Shown piece by piece: positions 37,737-46,206 of a DNA stretch of 55,845 nucleotides. Position numbers and translations under genes: made by a program. Position 1 is the stretch's first letter, and the number at the start of each line of letters is the position of its first letter. This DNA is from a virus. Taxonomy: Duplodnaviria; Caudoviricetes. The notes under the pieces are model-generated. The model worked only from the letters and a program-made list of their open reading frames with translations, ran no database searches and was not told the origin of the DNA. The DNA is taken from positions 1 to 55,845 of the IMG/VR virus record IMGVR_UViG_3300032235_000724; one strand, given 5' to 3'.

Positions 37737-37973
37737 GTGAAAATACAACTAAACCGCGCTCCCTATATGTGTCCCGTGATTGACGACCATACAGGTGCAG
37801 GATCGGCACATTATATTTTTCATGAAGGTTGGACGCATATTGTTATCAACTTCCAAAAGGAAAGTGAAGACGATATGTCTTGGAAAGGTAAAGTTATTAC
37901 AACCTACGAAGGTGCAGAAGGTTGGCTACAAGTTGAACTGCTAAAAGAATGTTTTAACATTATTGAGGAGTAG
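37737..37973 (+). CDS. Hypothetical protein
   Basis: AAGGAG RBS, GTG start. Confidence 0.5.
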   Translation: MKIQLNRAPYMCPVIDDHTGAGSAHYIFHEGWTHIVINFQKESEDDMSWKGKVITTYEGAEGWLQVELLKECFNIIEE

Positions 37974-37975
37974 CC

Positions 37976-38209
37976 GTGATAAAGAAACGCCTGTCTGTCA
38001 ACCATCCACATATTTGGGGTAGTTGTGACTATTGCGGTATGGACTTTTGGGGGCGTAGCAAGCGGCACGATTCCCGACACTTTCTTCTTGCCAACGATGC
38101 GGTAACCCTGTATATTGACCATCTCGTAAGGCAAGGCGATCTTCCTTGCCAGCACTTTGTAAGGATGAACATATTGGACTCGCTAAATATGGCGAAGGAG
38201 ATAAAATGA
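37976..38209 (+). CDS. Hypothetical protein
   Basis: GAGGAG RBS, GTG start, CDYC. Confidence 0.55.
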   Translation: MIKKRLSVNHPHIWGSCDYCGMDFWGRSKRHDSRHFLLANDAVTLYIDHLVRQGDLPCQHFVRMNILDSLNMAKEIK

Positions 38210-38376
38210 CTTTTGGATTTACTTGTGAGTGCGGTGGTTTCAACGAAAAGCTTGATACCGATTTTGCCCTTCAAGTTGACACTAGCGGCTATGCTGGCGA
38301 CATAGATACCGTCTGTGTAAAGTTCTTTTGCCACTTCTGCCAAAACTGGATTCTCGTAAAGAAGGAGGTAGTATGA
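38206..38376 (+). CDS. Small Zn-ribbon protein
   Basis: AAGGAG RBS; CECG...CHFC. Confidence 0.55.
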   Translation: MTFGFTCECGGFNEKLDTDFALQVDTSGYAGDIDTVCVKFFCHFCQNWILVKKEVV

Positions 38377-38540
38377 CCCGCGACGAACTGAAAACTTGGC
38401 TTGCCTCGCTTGACCCTATGACCGACTGGGATATTGATAATATCCCAAATCTTGAAGAACAGGTTGTTCGTGTTATCAAAGGGTCCGGTTTTGTAAATAT
38501 TTTCTATCTTATTAACAAGGAGAAACAAAATGAAGATTGA
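38373..38540 (+). CDS. Hypothetical protein
   Basis: AAGGAGG RBS, ATG 38373. Confidence 0.55.
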   Translation: MTRDELKTWLASLDPMTDWDIDNIPNLEEQVVRVIKGSGFVNIFYLINKEKQNED

Positions 38541-38751
38541 ACGCGAAAATAACTTTGAGTTTGTTAATTTTGAAGATGTTCCACCCAATACAACTTTCCT
38601 TTATGGTAATGACCTATTCCTTGCAATCCGGCCTGTAAAAAATAAGGAAACGGTCATCGTCAATTGCATCAATCTAGTAGATGCTTCTCCGCATTATATT
38701 GGAGAATGTATTGAAGTTCGTCTTGTTGAGAATGCCAAGATCATATTTTGA
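38530..38751 (+). CDS. Hypothetical protein
   Basis: AAGGAG RBS. Confidence 0.6.
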   Translation: MKIERENNFEFVNFEDVPPNTTFLYGNDLFLAIRPVKNKETVIVNCINLVDASPHYIGECIEVRLVENAKIIF

Positions 38752-38759
38752 GGTAATAG

Positions 38760-39041
38760 ATGCCGCTAACTAAAAAGATGCAACTACGCCACGCAGAAGA
38801 AATAGGTCGTGCGGTTGCAAAAAGTCACTATGAAATGTTCCTGCAAGACAAGTTCCGAGGTCCACAGTTTAAATGGGAAAATGTGCCAGGTCTTTGTGAA
38901 AGGATGGCAAGAGCACATATTCCTATTTCTATGCCGCACGGTTCCAAGATAATGGACCAACTTGTTGACATCGCTGGCAAGGTAGCATATGAAGAGGCAA
39001 ACCGGCTATTGGAGAATATAGATGACCAAACAGGAACTTAA
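38760..39041 (+). CDS. Hypothetical protein
   Basis: GAGG RBS. Confidence 0.6.
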   Translation: MPLTKKMQLRHAEEIGRAVAKSHYEMFLQDKFRGPQFKWENVPGLCERMARAHIPISMPHGSKIMDQLVDIAGKVAYEEANRLLENIDDQTGT

Positions 39042-39375
39042 GGATATTGAAAATGCTGCTCGCAAGGCGTATCATTGGCCAAGTCCAGGTCAAACAGAAC
39101 AAGACCGAGAAGTTATTGCTTCTATGGCTAAACTTTTTGATGAGATTGAGCGGCTTACCGCCGAACGCGATGCAGCACGAAATATGCTTGAAGGTATCTG
39201 CTCCGAGTTTGAAGGAGCCGTAGCCCATGCCGATTGGAGGGCAGAAGGTTCAAAGGGTATGAATGTGCCATTCCACGGTGACTTTGCAAGTGCAGTACAG
39301 TTACCAAGCATCGTCAGCAAGATGCGATGGTGGTCACGCCAAATGCGTAAGGTTATTGGCGAAAAGGCGGAATAA
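39022..39375 (+). CDS. Hypothetical protein, Ead/Ea22-like N-terminus
   Basis: MTKQELKDIE..LFDEIERL..ERDAA; paralogous to 41374. Confidence 0.55.
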   Translation: MTKQELKDIENAARKAYHWPSPGQTEQDREVIASMAKLFDEIERLTAERDAARNMLEGICSEFEGAVAHADWRAEGSKGMNVPFHGDFASAVQLPSIVSKMRWWSRQMRKVIGEKAE

Positions 39376-39564
39376 ATGCAATATCTTATCTACCATGAAC
39401 CTCACGAAATACATGGGTATAATACTATTCGTATAAGCGAAGCGGACGCCATTGCAAAGCAGCGAGCAAGTTGCGTTCGCGCAAGAGGTGTTGATTTATA
39501 CGAGAGCGATAGCGAAGCACTAAATGATTTTATTGCCGTCCATTGGGCGGAATGGGAGGCGTAA
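39376..39564 (+). CDS. Hypothetical protein
   Basis: C-terminal ALNDFIAVHWA motif. Confidence 0.6.
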   Translation: MQYLIYHEPHEIHGYNTIRISEADAIAKQRASCVRARGVDLYESDSEALNDFIAVHWAEWEA

Positions 39565-39719
39565 TGAACGAATCAATTAAACGAATAGGGAGACAGAACC
39601 TACAAAATATTATTGAGGTTCTACAAGACAACCCCGATCTCGTAAACGCATTAAGAAATATGCTTGGCAACTCTATCAACTTCCCAGCCGAACTTACTGT
39701 CAAGTTAAAAAAGGACTAA
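39564..39719 (+). CDS. Hypothetical protein (51 aa, not in ORF track)
   Basis: GGAGG RBS, TAATG coupling, MNESIKRIGRQ...VKLKKD fills the gap exactly. Confidence 0.55.
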   Translation: MNESIKRIGRQNLQNIIEVLQDNPDLVNALRNMLGNSINFPAELTVKLKKD

Positions 39720-39720
39720 A

Positions 39721-40014
39721 ATGAAACCTTTAGGTACAGTCAAGAAGACAAAAACAAAAGTTGAAGGCCACCAAGAATGTGGTGTTTGCCATCCGCAAAT
39801 AAAAGGTAGCAGAACATCAGAAAATCGCGAAGCTGAACAAGACATACAGGAACAAATAGAAGAATTAAGGGAGTCAATTTCAGATATTGAATCCAATATT
39901 CGTCAGTTGACATACAAGTTTGAGGATGCTATGGAATCACTCAAAAGTTTGTTAGAAGGCTATATTGATAATCTAAGAGATAGTATCGATTCACGATTTG
40001 ATGAAAGAGAATAA
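39721..40014 (+). CDS. Hypothetical coiled-coil protein
   Basis: HQECGVCHP followed by acidic coiled coil. Confidence 0.55.
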   Translation: MKPLGTVKKTKTKVEGHQECGVCHPQIKGSRTSENREAEQDIQEQIEELRESISDIESNIRQLTYKFEDAMESLKSLLEGYIDNLRDSIDSRFDERE

Positions 40015-40015
40015 A

Positions 40016-40366
40016 ATGACAATGATATCAACAAATGCCCAAATTGGAACCATGATGACTATGAAAGTAGAAGAACCAAGCAAGGGGGCTATTCCTTGCC
40101 AATGTGGCAAACTGGCGGATGTAGACTTGTGCGATATCCTTACAAGTAACCCACCTATGTATGGAACCTACTGCCAATCGTGTCATGCAAGAAATTATAT
40201 CTATACCAGTGAATATCATAAGTATTATTCTGACCTAAAGTGGCAAGCAACAGCTTCAAAAGAACGGGCGGCACAGGATAAGATTGACGACCTTACACGC
40301 CGCCTTGAAGAAGCCGAAAAGAAGATAGAACGCCTTTGGAATAGAACTGGTTTAGGTGGCTTTTAA
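40016..40366 (+). CDS. Zn-finger plus coiled-coil protein
   Basis: CQCG..LTSNPPMY..CQSC. Confidence 0.6.
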   Translation: MTMISTNAQIGTMMTMKVEEPSKGAIPCQCGKLADVDLCDILTSNPPMYGTYCQSCHARNYIYTSEYHKYYSDLKWQATASKERAAQDKIDDLTRRLEEAEKKIERLWNRTGLGGF

Positions 40367-40680
40367 TGGCTAAAACACTTAAAGATAAAAGTATTGAGGC
40401 ATACGAAAACTATATCCGCGATTGCCTCTCTTGGGAAGAAGACCCACAGTTTTATATCTCTCTCGTCCGAGGGATGAAGAACCATCCAAACAACTTTGAA
40501 GATATCCTAAAATATACTATTACCTTTATGAAACGGCATAGCGATAAACTTGACGAGTTGACAGACGAGGAACTTGCTGCTATACATCTCCAAGTCAGAG
40601 AGAAGTTCAACCGGCCAAGGGAAGTAAGGGCGGCAAGAAAGCGACCAGCAGATAAGGTAGCAACCGTAAAGGAGGAGTAA
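40366..40680 (+). CDS. Hypothetical protein
   Basis: TAATG coupling. Confidence 0.6.
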   Translation: MAKTLKDKSIEAYENYIRDCLSWEEDPQFYISLVRGMKNHPNNFEDILKYTITFMKRHSDKLDELTDEELAAIHLQVREKFNRPREVRAARKRPADKVATVKEE

Positions 40681-40998
40681 ATGACCGACCCGTGGAAGTT
40701 ACTTGAAGAAGTAAAGCAGAAGCTAAATGAAAAAGCATGGGACGAAGATAAAATCGATCTTGCTCATCGACTCGCGCTTGCACTTGATGAGCATAATAAG
40801 GTTGACGATCCATTTTATGAGCTAACCAGCTACAAAGGTTTTGTTGGTAATATTGAGATAACCATTCGCAGACGAGATCTAAAAGTTTGGGATTGGTTTG
40901 CTTGGATGGAAGGCAAGGGTAATATTGGAAGAGGTGCAACTTGGTCGCTTGAAGACGCAAAGAAGAAGTCGCGTGACTTTGCAGAGGAGTATAAGTAA
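40681..40998 (+). CDS. Hypothetical protein
   Basis: AAGGAGGAG RBS; C-terminal G..SLEDAKK motif. Confidence 0.65.
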   Translation: MTDPWKLLEEVKQKLNEKAWDEDKIDLAHRLALALDEHNKVDDPFYELTSYKGFVGNIEITIRRRDLKVWDWFAWMEGKGNIGRGATWSLEDAKKKSRDFAEEYK

Positions 40999-41195
40999 TG
41001 CCATTAAATATTATTATATTTATGAACGATGAAGGCGATATCCTTGACTATGTTTCAAGGAATAACACAAGCGATCATATCTTCTCTATCGCCCGTGAAC
41101 TTGCAAAGACTCACGGCGAAGAAGTAACGCCCTACTACGCCAGTATCGAAGTCGGTGACGAGTATACGGATAAAATCCACAAGGATCTTAAATGA
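40998..41195 (+). CDS. Hypothetical protein
   Basis: GAGGAG RBS, TAATG coupling. Confidence 0.55.
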   Translation: MPLNIIIFMNDEGDILDYVSRNNTSDHIFSIARELAKTHGEEVTPYYASIEVGDEYTDKIHKDLK

Positions 41196-41371
41196 AGACT
41201 TTACTTCTTGTCTCGATGATGCTACTGTCTGCTTGTGGCGATGGAACGCCCGATCCCGAAGGAGATGAATATGTAAAGTGTTCTAACTTCTGTGGCGAGG
41301 ATGGCGTAAGGGAGTTCAAGAAGAGTGATAGCGGATATAACTGCTATTGCTATAATATGCGGAAGGCGTAA
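41192..41371 (+). CDS. Small lipoprotein with CxxxC..CxC (59 aa, not in ORF track)
   Basis: MKTLLLVSMMLLSAC lipobox; CSNFC and CYC. Confidence 0.65.
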   Translation: MKTLLLVSMMLLSACGDGTPDPEGDEYVKCSNFCGEDGVREFKKSDSGYNCYCYNMRKA

Positions 41372-41373
41372 AC

Positions 41374-41577
41374 ATGACAGACAAGGAACTAAAAGATATT
41401 GAGGCAGGACTTAAACGTTGGCATTCTATGTCAACGGAAACAGGTCAGAAACTACTTGACGAGATTTATAGATTGAAACACCATATTGGTATGGACCAAA
41501 TGCATCTCAACTTGCTTTATAAGGAGCGGGACGAAGCGATCCAGCAACTTGAACTATGGCAGGGGAATAAATCATGA
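41374..41577 (+). CDS. Hypothetical protein, Ead/Ea22-like
   Basis: MTDKELKDIE..LLDEIYRL..ERDEA. Confidence 0.55.
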   Translation: MTDKELKDIEAGLKRWHSMSTETGQKLLDEIYRLKHHIGMDQMHLNLLYKERDEAIQQLELWQGNKS

Positions 41578-41810
41578 CGCGTGAAGAAGAAGAGCAGTTC
41601 CTATTTGATAAAATCGTAGCGCTCAAACACCTTTATGAAGAACTTGACAGTCTTGTGAAGAGCGGGTATGATGGTCCCTTCATTGGCGAGGAAATCCGTC
41701 CTCTAATGGAAGCCTACTTCAAGGCAAAATGGGGTAATAAAAATGCAGACATTTCCGACAATCTACAAGCAGACAAAGGGAGGCAAGACGCAGGAGTGGA
41801 TAGCAAGTAA
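41574..41810 (+). CDS. Hypothetical protein
   Basis: ATGA coupling. Confidence 0.55.
   Translation: MTREEEEQFLFDKIVALKHLYEELDSLVKSGYDGPFIGEEIRPLMEAYFKAKWGNKNADISDNLQADKGRQDAGVDSK
41743..41799 (+). pseudogene. Stranded 5' end of DNA ligase (frame stays open to 42018 in unrelated sequence)
   Basis: MQTFPTIYKQTKGGKTQEW aligns without gaps to ligase N-terminus MNKLPEIYKKTKTGATQTW. Confidence 0.78.
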
Positions 41811-42064
41811 AAGTTATCCTATTTATTTCTCGCAGTCATTTTCTTTTCCTCCGCGACATATAAAGAAAGCGCTTTTTCCATCTTTTCGCCACAGGAAAGC
41901 AGATTATAGAAATGGGCACGCTTATAGCCAAGCGTGCCATTCTTTTGAATGGCTATGCTTTAGATTCTCAATAGTTTGGAGTAATCCGAAAGATAAGCAA
42001 GATTGTCAATATTGTTAAATATTGGCGGACAGATATTTTTAAATATAAAAAAATAATATGGACA

Positions 42065-42099
42065 GTTCTCCTATAACCAACTATATATTATAGGAGGAC
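42065..42099 (+). promoter_or_regulatory. RBS-sequestering hairpin with CTATATATT motif
   Basis: GTTCTCCTATAA / TTATAGGAGGAC (12 bp, one G-U) before ATG 42106. Confidence 0.72.
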
Positions 42100-42105
42100 A
42101 AAAAA

Positions 42106-42633
42106 ATGTCACAATTAGAAAATTTACAAGGGAAAACATTTGGTTATCTTTCTGTATTAGAAATAGGCCAAAAAAAGTTTTCTAGAACGCATTGGAAATG
42201 TCTATGCATCTGTGGTAATACCAAAGATATAATGGCAAAACATTTAAAAACTGGTGCGATAACAAGCTGCGGTTGTATGAAGCTTGCAAAGGGAAAAAAG
42301 TCTAGGACTTGGAAAGGTCACGGAGATATTAGCGCACATTATTGGTCTAGAATAAAAAGATGTGCTTCCGAAAGAAATCTAGAGTTCTCCATAGCAATAG
42401 AAGAGATATGGAATTTGTTTATAAAACAAAATAAAAAATGCGCCTTGACTGGGCTTGACATCTCAATAGAAGGGGAGCATACTGCATCTCTTGACAGGGT
42501 TGATAGTAAAAAAGGTTATGAAATCTCTAATGTACAATGGGTTCACAAAGATGTAAATCTAATGAAGATGGATTTTGACCTTAATGAATTTTTCTCTTAC
42601 TGCAAGTTAATCACGGAGTTTAATAGACTATGA
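42106..42633 (+). mobile_element. HNH-type homing endonuclease
   Basis: GKTFGYLSV, WKCLCICG, SCGC; CALTG, SLDRVDSKKGYEISNVQWVHKDVNLMK. Confidence 0.88.
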
Positions 42634-43745
42634 ACAAACTTCCAGAAATTTATAAGAAGACTAAAACTGGTGCGACTCAAACTTGGTCTGTAGAGATTGA
42701 TAATGATCGCTATAGGACTTATAGTGGTCAGCTTGACGGAAAAATTCAAATTAGCGAGTACACGATCTGTCAGCCGAAGAACCTGGGTAAGAAGAACGCC
42801 ACGACCGCCGAGGAACAGGCGGTCATTGAAGCCGAGGCTCTTCGCAAGAAGAAACTGGAGCATGGCTATTTTGAGGATATTGGCAACATTAACCAGAGGC
42901 AGTATTTTGAGCCTATGCTTGCCAAGGACTACCTTGATTACAAGGACGAGATCAAGTTTCCTGTTTATAGCCAGCCCAAGTTGGACGGCGTTCGCTGCAT
43001 TGTAAATAAGGATGGCATGTGGACCCGCAACGGCAAGGAAATCATTAGCGCGCCGCATATCCGTAAGAGCCTCCAGCGTGTTTTTGATATGGAGCCAGAA
43101 CTTATCCTTGACGGTGAACTTTATAACCATGAATTGAAAAATGATTTCAATACTATCGTCTCGCTTATCAAGAAGACAAAGCCTACCGACGAGGATTTGA
43201 AGGAAAGCGCAGAGAAGATCCAGTATCATATTTATGATATTCCCTCTGCACAGAACTATTTTCCAACATTCGGTAGCCGTCTAAAGTCACTTGCAAGTTA
43301 TTGGTATAATAATGTTATGCCCGATTGCTGTGTGCTTGTTCGTACCGATGTTGCCATCAATGATGCTGCCATTGAGCGTCTTTATGGCGAATATGTTGAC
43401 GACGGTTACGAAGGTCAAATGATCCGTTTGGATAAGCCCTATGAGAACAAGCGCAGCAAGTTTCTCCTCAAGCACAAGACCTTCCAAGACGAGGAGTTTA
43501 CGATTCTTGATATTGTTGAGGGCGAGGGTAACCGTACCGGCGCAGCAGGATATATGACCTTTCAGCGGGAAGGTAAGCCGTTCAAAAGCAACATCAAGGG
43601 TACATGGGAGTATCTTGTTGACATTCTCCAAAATCGTGATAGTATCATTGGCAAGAAGGCAACAATAAAGTATTTCAATCTTACACCAGACGGTATCCCG
43701 AGGTTCCCATATGTCATCAACATCAACCGCGCTCAATATGAGTGA
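42630..43745 (+). CDS. ATP-dependent DNA ligase
   Basis: PMLA, QPKLDGVRC, LDGELY, YHIYD, YEGQMIR, KRS..LLK, G.PRFP. Confidence 0.93.
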   Translation: MNKLPEIYKKTKTGATQTWSVEIDNDRYRTYSGQLDGKIQISEYTICQPKNLGKKNATTAEEQAVIEAEALRKKKLEHGYFEDIGNINQRQYFEPMLAKDYLDYKDEIKFPVYSQPKLDGVRCIVNKDGMWTRNGKEIISAPHIRKSLQRVFDMEPELILDGELYNHELKNDFNTIVSLIKKTKPTDEDLKESAEKIQYHIYDIPSAQNYFPTFGSRLKSLASYWYNNVMPDCCVLVRTDVAINDAAIERLYGEYVDDGYEGQMIRLDKPYENKRSKFLLKHKTFQDEEFTILDIVEGEGNRTGAAGYMTFQREGKPFKSNIKGTWEYLVDILQNRDSIIGKKATIKYFNLTPDGIPRFPYVININRAQYE

Positions 43746-44001
43746 TATACGCGTTGGCAATCTGGTACAGTATTTTATTGACTATACTGGTGAGTGGCAC
43801 GATATGGTTATTGTAGATATCGTGCCTCCAAGAACGCGTAAACTATATTCAATGCATGATACCCGTAACTGGGTCGTCGTTATGACCTATATAGAAGACC
43901 TGCAAAATACAAAAATGTATTTTCATCGCAGGCATATGCTATGGACATTTAAAGATCGTTTCCGTAAGTTGGAGAATCCATATGACAATGGTGGAATTTA
44001 A
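43738..44001 (+). CDS. Hypothetical protein
   Basis: Overlaps ligase stop; IRVGNLV start. Confidence 0.5.
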   Translation: MSDIRVGNLVQYFIDYTGEWHDMVIVDIVPPRTRKLYSMHDTRNWVVVMTYIEDLQNTKMYFHRRHMLWTFKDRFRKLENPYDNGGI

Positions 44002-44212
44002 TGACGAAGTCCAAGTAAGGATGACAAAGCATCGTGATTGCCGCACGGGACAGGCAATGTTTCTTGTTGCTTGGGACCATGTAGGCGAGAAAATCAACCA
44101 TATCCTTGGGTCAGATCGTGACCCGTTCTATAACGACGAACGAATCCCAGAATTCCTTGTTTATCTTGTTGATAATAACTTTTTTAGCGATATGCAAAGG
44201 CAGGAGACATAA
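43982..44212 (+). CDS. Hypothetical protein
   Basis: GGAG RBS; R.GQA.F and DPFYND motifs. Confidence 0.6.
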   Translation: MTMVEFNDEVQVRMTKHRDCRTGQAMFLVAWDHVGEKINHILGSDRDPFYNDERIPEFLVYLVDNNFFSDMQRQET

Positions 44213-44213
44213 A

Positions 44214-45098
44214 ATGGGCTACATGAAGATCGACAATCTCTATAAAAACAACCAAATCATGAACTTCAAAAAGTGTTATGCGCTTGAAAAGGTGCATGGC
44301 ACCAGCGCACACATTCAATGGAGCAAGGGCAAGCTATCTTTTTATAGTGGTGGCGAAAGCCATGATCCATTTGTTGCCCTGTTTGACCAAGAACGCCTAA
44401 CTGAATACTTTAGGAGCCGGGAATACGACGAGGAATGCGTTGTACGAATCCATGGCGAAGCCTATGGCGGCAAGCAACAGGGTATGAGTAAGACTTATGG
44501 CCCTAAGTTGCATTTTATTGTTTTTGATGTCCTCATTGGTGGATCTTGGCTCGATGTACCGGCGGCAGAAAGTTATGCAACTGCACTTGGGCTTGAGTTT
44601 GTACCATATGAACTTGTACCCACCGAAGTAGAAGACCTAAACCGTGAGCGTGACAGGGATTCTATTGTTGCCATTCGTCGTGGTATGGGCGAGGGCCATA
44701 TTCGTGAAGGTGTTGTCTTACGCCCACCGTTTGAAGTAAAAAACAATGGCGGTGGTCGATGCATGAGCAAGTATAAGCGTGACGAGTTTAGAGAACATAA
44801 GTCTCCACGGGATATTGACCCCGATAAACAAAAAGTTCTTGACGATGCCGCCGCCATTGCTGAAGAATGGTGCGTACCTATGCGCCTTGAGCATGTCATT
44901 GGACAACTGACCGTTGACGGCAAGGAACCAGACATGAAGGATATCCCACGCCTTATCTCCACTATGGTAAATGATATTTATGTGGAGGGTAAGGGTGAAA
45001 TCGTTGAGGGTGACGAGGTTCGTAAGGCCATTGGCACCCGTACAGTCAAACTTTTCAAGGCCAGACTGGCAAAAAAAGCCGGTCTAACCTCCGAATAG
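44214..45098 (+). CDS. RNA ligase (Rnl2-like)
   Basis: EKVHGTS, IHGEAYG, FIVFDV, EGVVLRP, KYK; AGGAG RBS. Confidence 0.85.
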   Translation: MGYMKIDNLYKNNQIMNFKKCYALEKVHGTSAHIQWSKGKLSFYSGGESHDPFVALFDQERLTEYFRSREYDEECVVRIHGEAYGGKQQGMSKTYGPKLHFIVFDVLIGGSWLDVPAAESYATALGLEFVPYELVPTEVEDLNRERDRDSIVAIRRGMGEGHIREGVVLRPPFEVKNNGGGRCMSKYKRDEFREHKSPRDIDPDKQKVLDDAAAIAEEWCVPMRLEHVIGQLTVDGKEPDMKDIPRLISTMVNDIYVEGKGEIVEGDEVRKAIGTRTVKLFKARLAKKAGLTSE

Positions 45099-45101
45099 AG
45101 A

Positions 45102-45110
45102 CTATTTATC
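45102..45110 (+). promoter_or_regulatory. Putative phage late promoter motif
   Basis: CTATTTATC ending 3 nt before ATG 45114. Confidence 0.5.
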
Positions 45111-45113
45111 GTT

Positions 45114-45902
45114 ATGAAACTTATATTAAAAGAGCGCAAGATCTTAAAAGAGAATGTATCGTCCGAACCAAGGACAAGTTGGAAGGTAACAACAGACCCA
45201 TCCAACTTTCTTGCATTAGCTAATGCCGATACTACTGGTAATGTCCAAAGCAGAGCATCGGCGTATGGAAAATTTGATCCAGATAAAGCAGGCCATATGC
45301 AACTCGTTATTGATCCTACATATGGTAAAGTAACATCGCACGATGGGCGTGGTAGGTCGCAGACAGCAGTAAACTCAGGCGTAAAAGAAGTAGAGATTAC
45401 GATAAGAATAAATACAGAAAAGGAAAGCAGAACTTTTTCATGGGATAAGTTACCAGAATACTTTACACCAGAAGATGGTAGAGAAGGAAGTGTTCCAAAG
45501 TCCTCTTTTAAGCTTAAAGAGGAAGAAAAAGAAGCTAACTTTGAAGATATTCTAAAACTAGGCGGTAAAGAAAAAGTATTTCAATATGAAGCCATAGAAA
45601 GCAAGCGCGGTCTATATGTAAGACAAGATCCAAATAAGGATGCACCTAACTGGGTCGGTGCAAGATATTCAGAATACTTTACTCCAATGTTACGAAAATC
45701 AGCGGGTATGCCAGAAATAGAGGGCGGGCTACCAATTCCTGTTATGGAGGCTGCAAAACAATATCGTGATCTTGTAAATAAACAATATAAGTTTGTAGAC
45801 GAGCAAGGCGAACTAAAAATAGTACAAAATAATCCTCCTTTTGGCACAACGCTTAAGTTTGATCGCCAAGCAGTTGGAAATGTAACAATGTCCACAAGAT
45901 AA
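45114..45902 (+). CDS. Protein with ILKE leader and ParB/Srx-like domain
   Basis: MKLILKERKILKEN; VTSHDGRGR..A...GVKEVEI resembles the ParB-N DGHHR region. Confidence 0.55.
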   Translation: MKLILKERKILKENVSSEPRTSWKVTTDPSNFLALANADTTGNVQSRASAYGKFDPDKAGHMQLVIDPTYGKVTSHDGRGRSQTAVNSGVKEVEITIRINTEKESRTFSWDKLPEYFTPEDGREGSVPKSSFKLKEEEKEANFEDILKLGGKEKVFQYEAIESKRGLYVRQDPNKDAPNWVGARYSEYFTPMLRKSAGMPEIEGGLPIPVMEAAKQYRDLVNKQYKFVDEQGELKIVQNNPPFGTTLKFDRQAVGNVTMSTR

Positions 45903-45911
45903 AAATAGAAC

Positions 45912-45962
45912 TTTACAAGGCTTAGACGGGATGGTACACTCTGTACTGTCCCGTTTTCTTTT
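45912..45962 (+). promoter_or_regulatory. Overlapping sigma70 promoter and terminator
   Basis: TTTACA-N17-TACACT; hairpin GACGGGATGGTACA / TGTACTGTCCCGTT plus T-rich tail. Confidence 0.7.
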
Positions 45963-45972
45963 GGAGGTACGC

Positions 45973-46206
45973 ATGGATGATCGTAACTGGCAGGAAGAAT
46001 ACAGTAAACTTAAGATTAACTTTGACAGGCTTGACAGAATGAACGATGTCCTGTATAGGTACTGGTACACCGTTCACAAAAAGAAGGGTGGCGTGTGGAC
46101 GCACGAAATCACAGAAGCCCGCGAAGCAGTTGAAAAATACTTTGAGGAACTTGAAAATGAATATCAAAGACGACGAAACGCCGAAACACCGAAGCAAGAA
46201 GGATAA
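45973..46206 (+). CDS. Hypothetical protein
   Basis: GGAGG RBS, ATG 45973. Confidence 0.6.
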   Translation: MDDRNWQEEYSKLKINFDRLDRMNDVLYRYWYTVHKKKGGVWTHEITEAREAVEKYFEELENEYQRRRNAETPKQEG

